NCBI GenBank assembly: GCA_044360195.1
Contig: JBIKKT010000014.1
Coordinates: forward strand, 919 to 64,918
Reading direction: 5' to 3'
DNA length: 64,000 nt
Source: Bdellovibrionota bacterium
Lineage (GTDB): Bacteria > Bdellovibrionota_C > UBA2361 > OMII01
Under the pieces are notes generated by a model that saw only the letters and a program-made list of their open reading frames with translations, ran no database searches and was not told the origin of the DNA. Below are positions 49,095-58,425 of the stretch, one piece after another (within the stretch, counting starts at the first letter, position 1; each line of letters starts with the position of its first letter). Made by a program: the position numbers and the translations under genes.

Positions 49095-50126
49095 CTAGGC
49101 GGACCTAGAAGGTCCGCGCTCCAAAGCACCGCGCCAAGCGCTTAGGAGCTGCCTACTTGCAACAGCAACACCGACCGTTACAAGCACAACGATTGAAAGC
49201 ACCCGCAGCTCTGCTGCTATGAGAAGCCCCTTAGACATCCCTATATGGGCCTGAGCACAAAGCAGCCCGTACGCTATCTCCCGTATTCCGATATTTCCAG
49301 GAGTGAGGTTTATGTGAAAGGTCAATCTGTAGAGAGCATAAAACACGGCCAGTGTGGATAACGGCACCGGAGCTCCTATTCCCTCCAGCAGTATCTTAAA
49401 CACCCCCGCCATAAGCAGAAACGACACGATGGCAATACCGTTGTAGGAGAGCATATACACGGGGTCAAGCAGCCCCCGCACGAGCTCATCGGCTACCTGC
49501 GAGAGCTTCTTCAAAATCCGTGATGGATGACGTATTCGAGTGAGAGCAACGTGCGCCACCAGAGGAGCGAGCAGAATACAAACACTCGCTCCGGCCAACA
49601 CTACTGCAGCAGGAAAACCTCCTAACTCAAGCTCTGTTCCTAAGAACCAGAGCAAGGCTGCGGCAATGACAAAATTAAGTAGTGTGTCAGTCCAAATAAA
49701 GAAGAGGTTGGCTGATATGTAATCGGTGTACGACACACCGTAATCACGTTTTAGGGTTACGCCGCGATAGATACTCCCCATCTGTGGCGCCATATTGTTC
49801 ATAAAGCGAACAACGACGAGCATCCGTATCCAGGTCAAAAGACCAAGGCGGCAGCGGCAGTGCTTCTCTATCAGAAGCACAAATCTCTGCGCATAGAGCA
49901 CAAAATAGCCAACCAGAAGCCCTAGAATAATTAGTCCATCTGCAAGGGGCAGCTCAAGCGCCTGATACAGCGCGTCTCGATCGCGCACAATTGCGATCAC
50001 CACAAAGACAGCGCTCAAGACTCCAACTATCCCCTGCACCCACGTACGAAGGACGCTCCTCGTCTTTGTTCGCACGACATCACCATCAACATCGCAAGCC
50101 TCGTGTGCAGAAAGATCTTGTTTCAC
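49095..50126 (-). CDS. Flippase-like / lysylphosphatidylglycerol-synthase-TM-type (UPF0104) membrane protein
   Basis: 343 aa with about 8 hydrophobic helices. The pattern VVRFMNNMAPQMGSIYRGVTLKRDYGVS fits the family's loop motif. The assignment is tentative. Confidence 0.5.
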   Translation of the reverse strand: MKQDLSAHEACDVDGDVVRTKTRSVLRTWVQGIVGVLSAVFVVIAIVRDRDALYQALELPLADGLIILGLLVGYFVLYAQRFVLLIEKHCRCRLGLLTWIRMLVVVRFMNNMAPQMGSIYRGVTLKRDYGVSYTDYISANLFFIWTDTLLNFVIAAALLWFLGTELELGGFPAAVVLAGASVCILLAPLVAHVALTRIRHPSRILKKLSQVADELVRGLLDPVYMLSYNGIAIVSFLLMAGVFKILLEGIGAPVPLSTLAVFYALYRLTFHINLTPGNIGIREIAYGLLCAQAHIGMSKGLLIAAELRVLSIVVLVTVGVAVASRQLLSAWRGALERGPSRSA

Positions 50127-50171
50127 GGTGCGTCTAGAATCAAAAACACATGGTGTTAGTTACTAATCTTT

Positions 50172-50903
50172 CTATCGCCAATCAGATGCGTGCTGGTCAA
50201 GGCATTCACGCAACGCGTTAAGGTCGATACCCTGCTTCGGTGTAAATACGGCCATTCGACCAACCATCGCCTCAAGCGATGCAAACTGCTCAACCACGGC
50301 GTAGTGCGGACGGCCCTGGTAATCATCAAAGAGAATCGTCCACGAGTTTTTATCAGCAAGGTGCAGGATCGTAGTAAGAGCACACCCCACACGGAAGCGG
50401 CCATCAACAAGGATCAGATCGGGTTGAAAATCACCCTGCTGCCAAGGCGAACTGAAATAAGCCCGCCACGCTGCAAGCCGGCGGGGCGTTAGACGGGTAC
50501 TCACCGGCACCCCCCAACGTTCGGTCAGTCCGATATTGATGTATTTAAAATGCCGATTCGCGCCGCCGCCATCAAGACCGAGATCGAGTATCTTCTTCTG
50601 AACAGCGCGTAAAAAATATGGGTCAGAATCTACCGACACAAAACTCTTCCCCATGCGCGCTGCAAGAACAGAGGAACCACCAGCACCGTACTCTAAGAAC
50701 GTAGACGCGTTGGAGAGCCTTTTAACAAAATACGGTGTACTCTCGGTATCAAAATGCGGCATGTCGGAGACTGCAAAGCCCTTGATGCGCTGAAGGTATA
50801 TTGTGTGCACGAGGCGAGCTATCAAGCGTAGACTAGCCGGCAATCGCCTTTTGGGTTTCTCTACAACTCCTTCTGTCATTGGTAACACCTCTGCGGCTGT
50901 CAT
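50172..50903 (-). CDS. Probable class I SAM-dependent methyltransferase
   Basis: Motif-I-like FLEYGAGGSSVLAA is followed by VSVDSD, and the size (243 aa) fits. The assignment is tentative. Confidence 0.45.
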   Translation of the reverse strand: MTAAEVLPMTEGVVEKPKRRLPASLRLIARLVHTIYLQRIKGFAVSDMPHFDTESTPYFVKRLSNASTFLEYGAGGSSVLAARMGKSFVSVDSDPYFLRAVQKKILDLGLDGGGANRHFKYINIGLTERWGVPVSTRLTPRRLAAWRAYFSSPWQQGDFQPDLILVDGRFRVGCALTTILHLADKNSWTILFDDYQGRPHYAVVEQFASLEAMVGRMAVFTPKQGIDLNALRECLDQHASDWR

Positions 50904-51067
50904 TGTGTTGCTCGCTCATCTGACTCTGTTGACGCGGGAAGTGTATATCGTTGCCTTGCGCCTTGTCCAACCCAGAGAGCTACTGGTGGGGGTAGATAAT
51001 CCCCGCGGACCGTGATACGACCAGCTAGCAGCACGGTAGTGGTACCCAAACCCTAAAAAGCTCGAAT

Positions 51068-51979
51068 ATGCTCCCTTTTGTATCGATTATTGTTCCGGTT
51101 AAAAATGAAGTACTACGCCTTCCAAGCGTTGTCGGTGCCCTGCGATCCCTCACCTACCCCAAGGATCGCTACGAGATAATCATAGCGGACAACGGGTCAA
51201 CCGATGGCACTCTCGAGATAGCGCGCTCACTTTCAGTAGTCGTGTGCCAACAGCCCTACGGTGGTTCATACGCCGCACGGAATAAAGGGATTAGCCTCGC
51301 ACAGGGAGATATCCTGGCCTTTACAGATGGAGACTGCACCCCACAACCCCAGTGGCTTGATGCTGGCGTGGCTCGACTTTTAACCGGACCAGACCTCGTT
51401 GCTGGGGCTATCAACTTCACCTCTCGTAAGAACACGATAGACCATCGCTTCGATCGAAAATTCTTCCTTCAGCAAGAGCGCTGGGTACAAGAGAAGGGAG
51501 CTGGAGCAACGGCGAACCTCTTTGTTAAACGCGCTGTAGTTGAAGCAACAGGGGGCTTCTCTGAGCAGCTCTCGTCCGGTGGTGATTTCGCATTTTGCCG
51601 TGCTGCCGCTGCTGCTGGATTTTCGCTTGTATTTGAACCACAGGCGATAGTGGATCATCCAACCAGAGGATTATCTGCGATCCTTCGTAAAGCGAGACGC
51701 ATCGGCTCGGGAAAGATAGAACGAATCTTGCACACCACCACAACCACCGGGCAGGTCATGCCGCAAAAGCAACAACTCAGAGCTCTCCTTTCCGGGGAAC
51801 CTCTCGCTACACAGATCGGATTTTTCTTCATCTACCTAGCAGTATGCTACGCAGGTTGCGTTGGAGCTCTCTCCTACCTATTTCGAACAGCAACCGGTAG
51901 GCGCTTCCTCAGGGGCCAACGCAGCTATGACGGGCCTACGAAACCGCAACCGCCACCGCCACCGCCAGCAACGCGCTAA
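51068..51979 (+). CDS. Family 2 glycosyltransferase with a Pro-rich C-terminal tail
   Basis: VSIIVPVKNE, IIADNGSTDGT and AFTDGDC (DxD) are present. The C-terminus reads PTKPQPPPPPPATR. Confidence 0.85.
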   Translation: MLPFVSIIVPVKNEVLRLPSVVGALRSLTYPKDRYEIIIADNGSTDGTLEIARSLSVVVCQQPYGGSYAARNKGISLAQGDILAFTDGDCTPQPQWLDAGVARLLTGPDLVAGAINFTSRKNTIDHRFDRKFFLQQERWVQEKGAGATANLFVKRAVVEATGGFSEQLSSGGDFAFCRAAAAAGFSLVFEPQAIVDHPTRGLSAILRKARRIGSGKIERILHTTTTTGQVMPQKQQLRALLSGEPLATQIGFFFIYLAVCYAGCVGALSYLFRTATGRRFLRGQRSYDGPTKPQPPPPPPATR

Positions 51980-53043
51980 TAGCTCTCTGCCTTCTCAACT
52001 AGCCCCCTTAGCTTTCGTAGGGCTTTGGCCTCTATCTGTCTAATCCGTTCGCGCGTGAGGTGATACCGCTGACCGATAGTCTCCAAAGTCTGAGGAGCGC
52101 CTCCGTTAAGCCCAAAACGAGCGATCAACACGTCCCGCTCACGCGGCCTTAAATCCTGCAGCTTGCCTCTTACCACCGCGTGATATTCAGCCTCGGCCAA
52201 AGCGCTTCCGGGTACTTCAGCATTTGGGTCAGCGACTCGCGCAACATCGCTTTCACCGGAAGCACGACCACTTCCGTCCTGATCATATACCCCATCGAGC
52301 GATACGGTCGCATTTGATATGCGTAAGAGTTTCTCTACCTGATCGACTTTTAAGTTAACTTCCTTCGCCAACTCCTTTGCCGTTGGCTGACGTCCAGTCT
52401 CTGCCTTGAAGAACTCACAAGCCCTATCAAGACGCCTAATGGCGTACACCTTTTGCGCTGGAAGAGAAACCGTAGGCACCTCTTTAAGGAGCGCGTCCTT
52501 GATCGCCTGCTTAATCCACCACGAACCGTAGGTCGAAAACTTTGCACTACCGGGTCTAAACTTACCGACAGCTTTAACAAGGCCCTTTGAACCCGCCATA
52601 AGGAGATCCTCAAGGTCCAAACCAAAGCCCTCGAATTCTCGGGCTATCTTCACTACGAAACGTCGATTGCTGAGGATCATCGTTTCACGAGCTTGCTCGT
52701 CTCCTGCTTGAACCTTTGCAGCGAGGTCCTGTTCTTGCGCTATCGTGAGCAGGGGATACTCCTCGCTGTTAACAAGATAGTGAGAGACGACAACCCCCAT
52801 CTCTGGCCGCTGCGGCGGAGTAAGGGAAGCAAACAATGATGGTTGTTCGATCTGACGGGCGGTTTCAGGCTCGGGGATATCTAAGGGTTCCCGAGATATG
52901 TGTGAAGTGGGACTACCAGACGGCATAATTGAGAGAACATACTCACTTCCTAGCGCGGAATCAAACAAGTTTTCAATCCATCGACATCTCAAAAAGGAAA
53001 AGTAGTACCGTGGCGATCCTGTGCTGAGAACACTCGCAGCCAA
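51976..53043 (-). CDS. RNA polymerase sigma-70 family factor (RpoD/RpoS-like, regions 1.2 to 4.2)
   Basis: Region 2 reads ETMILSNRRFVVKIAREF...DLLMAGSKGLVKAVGKF...FSTYGSWWIKQAI. Region 4.2 reads TLETIGQRYHLTRERIRQIEAKALRKLR. The real start is probably internal (for example the ATG at 52926). Confidence 0.85.
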   Translation of the reverse strand: MAASVLSTGSPRYYFSFLRCRWIENLFDSALGSEYVLSIMPSGSPTSHISREPLDIPEPETARQIEQPSLFASLTPPQRPEMGVVVSHYLVNSEEYPLLTIAQEQDLAAKVQAGDEQARETMILSNRRFVVKIAREFEGFGLDLEDLLMAGSKGLVKAVGKFRPGSAKFSTYGSWWIKQAIKDALLKEVPTVSLPAQKVYAIRRLDRACEFFKAETGRQPTAKELAKEVNLKVDQVEKLLRISNATVSLDGVYDQDGSGRASGESDVARVADPNAEVPGSALAEAEYHAVVRGKLQDLRPRERDVLIARFGLNGGAPQTLETIGQRYHLTRERIRQIEAKALRKLRGLVEKAESY

Positions 53044-53104
53044 CGATAGCGGTCAGATGTGTAGTCCGCGATAAAAATACTCCCTTACTTTTCAAGTCGT
53101 ACCC

Positions 53105-53857
53105 ATGCAACAATATCGCATGACCTCTAGTAATTTCTTTTGTTATATGTTCGCTAGTAATGGAGAATCGTTTACTGTCGAATGCTTTGACACCCCCTCT
53201 TCGCGGCAAACTACTAAGGAGATCTTAGAGGGAAAATCCTACCCCCTCTTTCCATTCGTGTCTTCTGCAGATGTTATTTTTGATGTGGGCGCAAACGTTG
53301 GTGCGACCTCTGTGCGTTTTGCTTTAGCCTTTCCTATGGCCAAAATATATTCGTTTGAACCTGCGCCAACTACGTATGAACTGCTTCAAAAGAACGCCTC
53401 GCACCATCCGCACGTAACGCCCCTCAACGCCGGTTTTTATAGCGAAACAAAGAAAGCCAATCTGTTTCGCTCTCAAGTCGACTCTGGCACAGCCTCAATT
53501 GGGAAAAGCTACGTCAACAGCGATTCTTACGACACGGTGCAGCTCTACAATCCCGCTGAATGGATGAGTAGTAATGGGGTAACGCACATCGACATACTTA
53601 AGATCGATACGGAAGGATGTGAAGTTCCAATATTACTAGCTCTCAAAGAGTTCATCCCCCGCATGAAATTAGTATACTTTGAATATCATAGCGAACAGGA
53701 CCGTCGTGCGCTCGACGAGCTTCTTTCGCCTACTCATATGGTGTGCAGTGCGCGCTCGGAATGTGGGCACCTCGGAGAGATGGCTTACGCACGCAAGGAT
53801 CTAGAACCATCTCACGGGGAACTTCATAAACGAGAGATCAAAATGCCCCGGGGCTAG
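53105..53857 (+). CDS. FkbM-family methyltransferase
   Basis: VIFDVGANVGATSVRFA and ILKIDTEGCEVPIL are present. Confidence 0.8.
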   Translation: MQQYRMTSSNFFCYMFASNGESFTVECFDTPSSRQTTKEILEGKSYPLFPFVSSADVIFDVGANVGATSVRFALAFPMAKIYSFEPAPTTYELLQKNASHHPHVTPLNAGFYSETKKANLFRSQVDSGTASIGKSYVNSDSYDTVQLYNPAEWMSSNGVTHIDILKIDTEGCEVPILLALKEFIPRMKLVYFEYHSEQDRRALDELLSPTHMVCSARSECGHLGEMAYARKDLEPSHGELHKREIKMPRG

Positions 53858-53887
53858 TGTAACCTAGCCGGGTGGGAGCCCCAACGA

Positions 53888-54180
53888 GAGCGAGCGAAGC
53901 AAGCTCAGGACCCCATATCACCACTGCCGATACGAATAGAGCGAGCGAAGCAAGCTCAGGCACTAGAGCCGTATCCCGGACAAGAATGAGGAGACAGGTG
54001 CAGGTGCAAGAGGAAGAGAAGGAGGAAGATAAGGAGCAGTACTCACGACGAGAGCGAGCAAAGCAAGCTCAGGCACCCTACATCACCACTGCCGATACGA
54101 ATAGAGCGAGCAAAGCAAGCTCAGGCACCCTACATCACCACTGCCGATACGAATAGAGCGAGCAAAGCAAGCTCAGGCAC
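53888..54180. repeat. Tandem repeat, 51-52 bp period, interrupted by an 88-nt purine-rich insert
   Basis: The 25-nt core GAGCGAGC(G/A)AAGCAAGCTCAGGCAC occurs at 53888, 53939, 54052, 54104 and 54156. The 26-27-nt linker CC(T)ACATCACCACTGCCGATACGAATA occurs three times, twice identically. The unique insert is at 53964-54051. Confidence 0.9.
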
Positions 54181-54253
54181 CAGCGGGGTGAAGCCCCGAT
54201 CAGGGGCGAGAGGGGCTGCAGGCCCCTTGGCCAGAGCGCCGAGCGGGAAAAAA

Positions 54254-54331
54254 TGGAAGCGGGGGTGGGATTTGAACCCACGACCTCCAGGTTATGAGCC
54301 TGACGAGCTAACCGGGCTGCTCTACCCCGCA
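54254..54331 (-). tRNA. tRNA-Met (anticodon CAT), initiator-like; CCA encoded
   Basis: The reverse complement reads TGCGGGG TA GAGC AGCCCGGTTA GCTC G TCAGG CTCATAA CCTGG AGGTC GTGGG TTCAAAT CCCAC CCCCGCT T CCA. It is nearly collinear with E. coli tRNA-fMet and has an unpaired 1:72 position. Confidence 0.85.
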
Positions 54332-54428
54332 CCGAGACTTGGAACGAACGTCCAAGGTAGCAGACAATACACGCCTCTTGCGGTTAGAGCAAGCAAACCC
54401 CGTAAAGTTATGAAGATACTCAGCGACT

Positions 54429-55541
54429 TTATCGATTATCCGAGCGCTTACGACCACCACCGCCGAAACCACCCCGAGAGCCCCCTTTTGAAGAACCTTG
54501 CGGTGCCTTACGGTTGCGCTTAAAACGAGCACGATTTCCCCCAAATGGCCTATCCGGTCTACCCTCGGGGCTCTGCCCAGAAGGGCGCCTTGCCGGCCTC
54601 CTCTCTGGTCGTATTTCACTATTAGAGCGCCCCTCTGTTCGAGGTCGCTCGCTGTATCGTCCCCCGCGCCCACCGCTACGCTCACGTTCGCGCTCTCCAC
54701 TGCGACCAAACCTTCCGCGCTGTTCGGGTTGCTCACGACGAGAGACTTGCCGATTCGGCCGCTCGCGCTCAACAGGAGGACTAACCTCCTTAGGACTTTC
54801 TACGACAACGTCCTCTGGCTTAAAGGTCAAAACCTTGCGACGCGCCTGCTCATACTCTTTGTCAGTTAGCGCTCGCACCTGACCGACTTGAAGTCGTCCC
54901 AACTTAAACGGCCCATAGATTACTCGCTTGAGCTTCATGACGGGATGACCGACCTTTTCAAAAAGCCTGCGAACAACACGGTTTCGTCCCTCTGTAAGGG
55001 TAACCTCGACCCAGGTAGTATTGGCATCATTGCTCACAACTGACGCTGTAGCTCTCACCATGCCATCAGAGAGTCGAACTCCGCGCGCGACTTTGTTGAG
55101 CACAGTATCACCAACTGAACCCTCAACGCGCGCATGGTAGACACGCTCAAATCCGTAACGCGGATGCATCAGTCGTTCAGCTATCTCACCGTCGTTAGTG
55201 AGCACCATTAACCCAGTAGACTCCCAATCGAGCCGACCAACCGGAAAGTACGACGAGTATTTCTTGGTAAGAAAATCAGCTACGCTGCGCCGACCCTCAG
55301 GGTCGCTCAATGTAGAGACCACTCCACGTGGCTTATTAAGAAGTAGTATTCCCTTAGGGGCAGCGTGAACGGGCTTTCGGTTAACCTCTACTTTATCGGT
55401 CTCGGGATCTATCCGCCGTCCCAGGTCTGTTACGACCTGTTGATTGACGCGGACACGCCCCTCTGTCATGAACTGCTCCATCTTTCGACGGGAACCAACA
55501 CCACACTCTGCAAGAAACTTTTGAAGACGCACGCCTGCCAT
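54429..55541 (-). CDS. rluB: 23S rRNA pseudouridine synthase RluB-type, with an Arg/Gly-rich C-terminal tail
   Basis: The S4 domain is RLQKFLAECGVGSRRKMEQFMTEGRVRVN and the catalytic motif is VGRLDWESTGLMVLTNDGE. The tail is rich in R/G/E/S. Confidence 0.85.
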   Translation of the reverse strand: MAGVRLQKFLAECGVGSRRKMEQFMTEGRVRVNQQVVTDLGRRIDPETDKVEVNRKPVHAAPKGILLLNKPRGVVSTLSDPEGRRSVADFLTKKYSSYFPVGRLDWESTGLMVLTNDGEIAERLMHPRYGFERVYHARVEGSVGDTVLNKVARGVRLSDGMVRATASVVSNDANTTWVEVTLTEGRNRVVRRLFEKVGHPVMKLKRVIYGPFKLGRLQVGQVRALTDKEYEQARRKVLTFKPEDVVVESPKEVSPPVERERPNRQVSRREQPEQRGRFGRSGERERERSGGRGGRYSERPRTEGRSNSEIRPERRPARRPSGQSPEGRPDRPFGGNRARFKRNRKAPQGSSKGGSRGGFGGGGRKRSDNR

Positions 55542-55670
55542 AGCTCAAACCCTTTAATATCCTTAGGGAAGCCCGTCACTCTACCCTGAGCTGTAGGTAT
55601 GCGTCAAAGCGGGCGCCGGCGGCCTATCGCTAGCACCCCGCAAAGGACCGTTTAGGGCGCTTACTTGACG

Positions 55671-56438
55671 TTATTGAACAACGCTATGCAGTGGCACTTC
55701 CCCGGCCTGCACCTCTACCGCCACAGAGTCTTGGCCCTGTAACGGCACCTCAGGCTCTTCAACCACAGAAGCCTCGCCATCCTCATCTGCCTGAGCCTCA
55801 CCCGGCTCCTGAGCTATCGCTTTAAGGTCTCGCATAGCAGGCAACGCAGAGAGCGAGCTCAATCCGAAAACCTGCAGAAAATCCTCGGTAGTGCCGTAGA
55901 GAGCTGGCTGCCCGACTGAAGCTTGATACCCCAGTATCTTGATTAACTTTCGCTCAAGGAGCGTCTTGATCGTCGGGGCAACATCGACCCCTCGAATCTT
56001 ATCTACCTCGCTCTTAACAACCGGCTGTTGGTACGCAATCACTGCCAACGTTTCGAGAGCTGCCTGCGAAAGCTTACGCGGCTTAACAGCCATCAGAGAA
56101 CGAACCTGATCAGCAAAAATTGCCTTTGTTCGGAGTTGTAACTTCTCAGCTACGACAACCACCTCAAGTCCACAATCCTCGCCCGAGTACCGTTGCTTGA
56201 GGCGCTCTGCTCCTTCTTTAATGCGCGCTTTAGGGATGTTCGACACCTCTTGAATTCGCGCCAACGAGAGCGGCTCGCCGCTTGCCAGTAGCAACGCCTC
56301 GAGCAGACCAGTTACCTGAGCATCCGTTAGCTCAACAACAGGCGCGGCATCACCAGACGGAGTATCACCAGACGGAGTAGCCTCTACAGTCGAAGACTCT
56401 GCCACAACTTCCTGCTCAACAACGTTCTCTTCGGTCAT
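55671..56438 (-). CDS. scpB: Segregation and condensation protein B
   Basis: LEALLLASGEPLSLARIQEV and SQAALETLAVIAYQQPVVKSEVDKIRGVD are present. The gene lies downstream of scpA. Confidence 0.85.
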   Translation of the reverse strand: MTEENVVEQEVVAESSTVEATPSGDTPSGDAAPVVELTDAQVTGLLEALLLASGEPLSLARIQEVSNIPKARIKEGAERLKQRYSGEDCGLEVVVVAEKLQLRTKAIFADQVRSLMAVKPRKLSQAALETLAVIAYQQPVVKSEVDKIRGVDVAPTIKTLLERKLIKILGYQASVGQPALYGTTEDFLQVFGLSSLSALPAMRDLKAIAQEPGEAQADEDGEASVVEEPEVPLQGQDSVAVEVQAGEVPLHSVVQ

Positions 56439-56490
56439 ACAGCAATCCTTAAGCAGTTTATGTTATCTGTCTCACGCCCTAGCAAATGTA

Positions 56491-57309
56491 CTACGCAGCT
56501 ACCTCGGTTACCTGCCCAGCAGACACTTCATCCTGCCCACCGGCAAGATCTGCGCTCTGTTGCAGGTCTACTAGGCGAATCGTTATCTCTGTCTTAGGAC
56601 CATCCTGTGCAACGGAGATCATCCGACGACGACACAGCTCGAGTAGAGCACAGAACACCCCTATCGCGCTGGCTCGGTCGGGGACATTTTGCAAGAGAAC
56701 AGAGAAGCTTGCTTCACCGCCAATGCTGCGCAACGAATCGACAACCGATCGCATGCGCTCAACAACTGACATTGAATCGATAGTGATTGAAAGCGTTCGC
56801 CCACGCTCTCCCATCTTGGTGAGAACCTTTTGAAAAGCATGCACCAACAATTCAGCTTGGTGATCAGCAAGCGGAATAAGCGACGGGTCAATCTTGCTAC
56901 CCTTCACAGGAGCAGCGAACACGTCGTGTCCGAGACATGGACGCGCCGCTAAGTCCGCTGCGGCAGCGCGGTACGCTTCGAGCTCGCGCAGCCGCGATAG
57001 CAGCTGTTCGTGCGGATCGATCAGTTCTCCGTTCTCGTCGGGCACCAACTCAACAGGATCGTTCAATAGAACGCTAGCTTTAACTGAGAGCAGCGTAGCT
57101 GCGATGACGAGGTACTCAGCCGCTATCTCCACGTCGTAGTACCGTAGGGTTCGGATACACTCCAGATACTGCGCAGTAACCTCAGAAAGAGAGACCTTTT
57201 CGATCGGCAACTCGCGCTTCTTCACCAGATGCAGCAGTAGATCTATAGGGCCATCGAAGAGATCGAGCCTGACTTCGAAGAAAGATGTGTGCTGTTCAAA
57301 ATCTGCCAT
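56491..57309 (-). CDS. scpA: Segregation and condensation protein A
   Basis: FEVRLDLFDGPIDLLLHLVKKRELPIEKVSLSEVTAQYLEC is the typical ScpA N-terminus. Confidence 0.9.
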   Translation of the reverse strand: MADFEQHTSFFEVRLDLFDGPIDLLLHLVKKRELPIEKVSLSEVTAQYLECIRTLRYYDVEIAAEYLVIAATLLSVKASVLLNDPVELVPDENGELIDPHEQLLSRLRELEAYRAAAADLAARPCLGHDVFAAPVKGSKIDPSLIPLADHQAELLVHAFQKVLTKMGERGRTLSITIDSMSVVERMRSVVDSLRSIGGEASFSVLLQNVPDRASAIGVFCALLELCRRRMISVAQDGPKTEITIRLVDLQQSADLAGGQDEVSAGQVTEVAA

Positions 57310-57321
57310 ACGCGGAATAGT

Positions 57322-58233
57322 TTAAGTTACTTTAACTTCTCGCGTTTGTCTATGCTGCTTTGCCAGCTCATGCAACATAACCGTTGTAGCCTGGGACACG
57401 TTGAGAGATGACACCACCCCCAACATCGGAATATAAACATGAAAATCGAGGCTCTCCTGAATAAGGTGCTGCACCCCCTCGCCCTCGGACCCCATCACGA
57501 TGACACTCTTTTGAGGAAACTCGAAGCTATCGAGCGAGGCCGCTTCTGGGGTAACCATAGCGCCAACGAGCCACGCCCCAGCCCCCTTAAGAGCCTCGAG
57601 AGCGCGATGCAGATTAGAAACCGGGCAGAGGGGAACCAATTCGCTTGCGCCAACACTCACCTTAGAAACAACCGGACCAACTGGAGCTGCCCGATTCTTT
57701 GACCAGATCACAGCGTCCACTCCAAAGCACTCAGCCGCGCGCAGAATAGCTCCGCTATTCTGCGGATCAAGCACTCCATCAAGCGCAAGAATCCTCGCAA
57801 AAGGCTGCTCCCGCACCAGCTCAACAAGATCATCCAGCTGCAAAACCTCGCGGGGGCGAACGCGAGCCACAAACCCTTGATGCGAGTCCGAATGCACCAA
57901 TGCATCTAACTCCCTACGTGGCACGGCCCGCACCTGAATATCGCTCTCGCGACACTGATCAATCAGCTCCCCGCGCCGATCGACTCCACCGCGACCACCC
58001 TCCTCACGCGCCTCTGCAACATACACTTCGAGAATGCGCTCTGGAGAATGTTTCAACACTTCCGCCAAGCAATTTCTCCCCATCACAAAATCCCCTATCG
58101 CCGCGTTTTTTGGACGATCCATCCCGCCCTCGCGGGGGCGTTGATGTCGCTCAGGCTGGTGGGGGTGGGGTCGATTATTGCGCTGCCGTGCAGTTGTTTT
58201 ACGAGGGTGAGACATAAGGGAGCAAAGGTACAA
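57322..58233 (-). CDS. TrmH/SpoU-family RNA 2'-O-methyltransferase (RlmB-like) with a basic N-terminal extension
   Basis: VIVMGSEGEGVQHL and IPMLGVVSSLNVSQATTVMLHEL are present. The true start may be internal. Confidence 0.8.
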   Translation of the reverse strand: MYLCSLMSHPRKTTARQRNNRPHPHQPERHQRPREGGMDRPKNAAIGDFVMGRNCLAEVLKHSPERILEVYVAEAREEGGRGGVDRRGELIDQCRESDIQVRAVPRRELDALVHSDSHQGFVARVRPREVLQLDDLVELVREQPFARILALDGVLDPQNSGAILRAAECFGVDAVIWSKNRAAPVGPVVSKVSVGASELVPLCPVSNLHRALEALKGAGAWLVGAMVTPEAASLDSFEFPQKSVIVMGSEGEGVQHLIQESLDFHVYIPMLGVVSSLNVSQATTVMLHELAKQHRQTREVKVT

Positions 58234-58425
58234 TTTTTGAGACAGGAAACAAACCGAGGGTTAATGTTTTTTTACTCTAGTGCGATCTCCTGTTGTTCCT
58301 TATACTTACCTAACAAACCACTTTTTTCGTGAGAGTTTTAAGGCTGTCTGGGTAGCTCCGGCATCCAAAAACAACGAGGGTAAGACACTAAGGGTCATAG
58401 CAAGGTTTATTTTTGTACAGGCACC

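Noticed and set aside
53872-54156. 94-aa plus-strand ORF across the tandem repeat
   Set aside because: The frame is open only because of the repeat. The sequence is low-complexity (RASEASSG repeats, an EEEKEEDKE run), has no RBS and starts at a non-ATG codon.
53888-54180. Possible CRISPR array (25-nt repeats alternating with ~27-nt spacers)
   Set aside because: The 'spacers' are the same sequence in every unit, so this is a plain 52-bp tandem repeat. There are no cas genes in the window, and the repeat has no typical CRISPR terminal motif.
54135-54523. ORFs 54135-54332 (-) and 54188-54523 (+)
   Set aside because: Both run through the tRNA-Met gene or its flanks. They are Arg/Pro-rich shadows.
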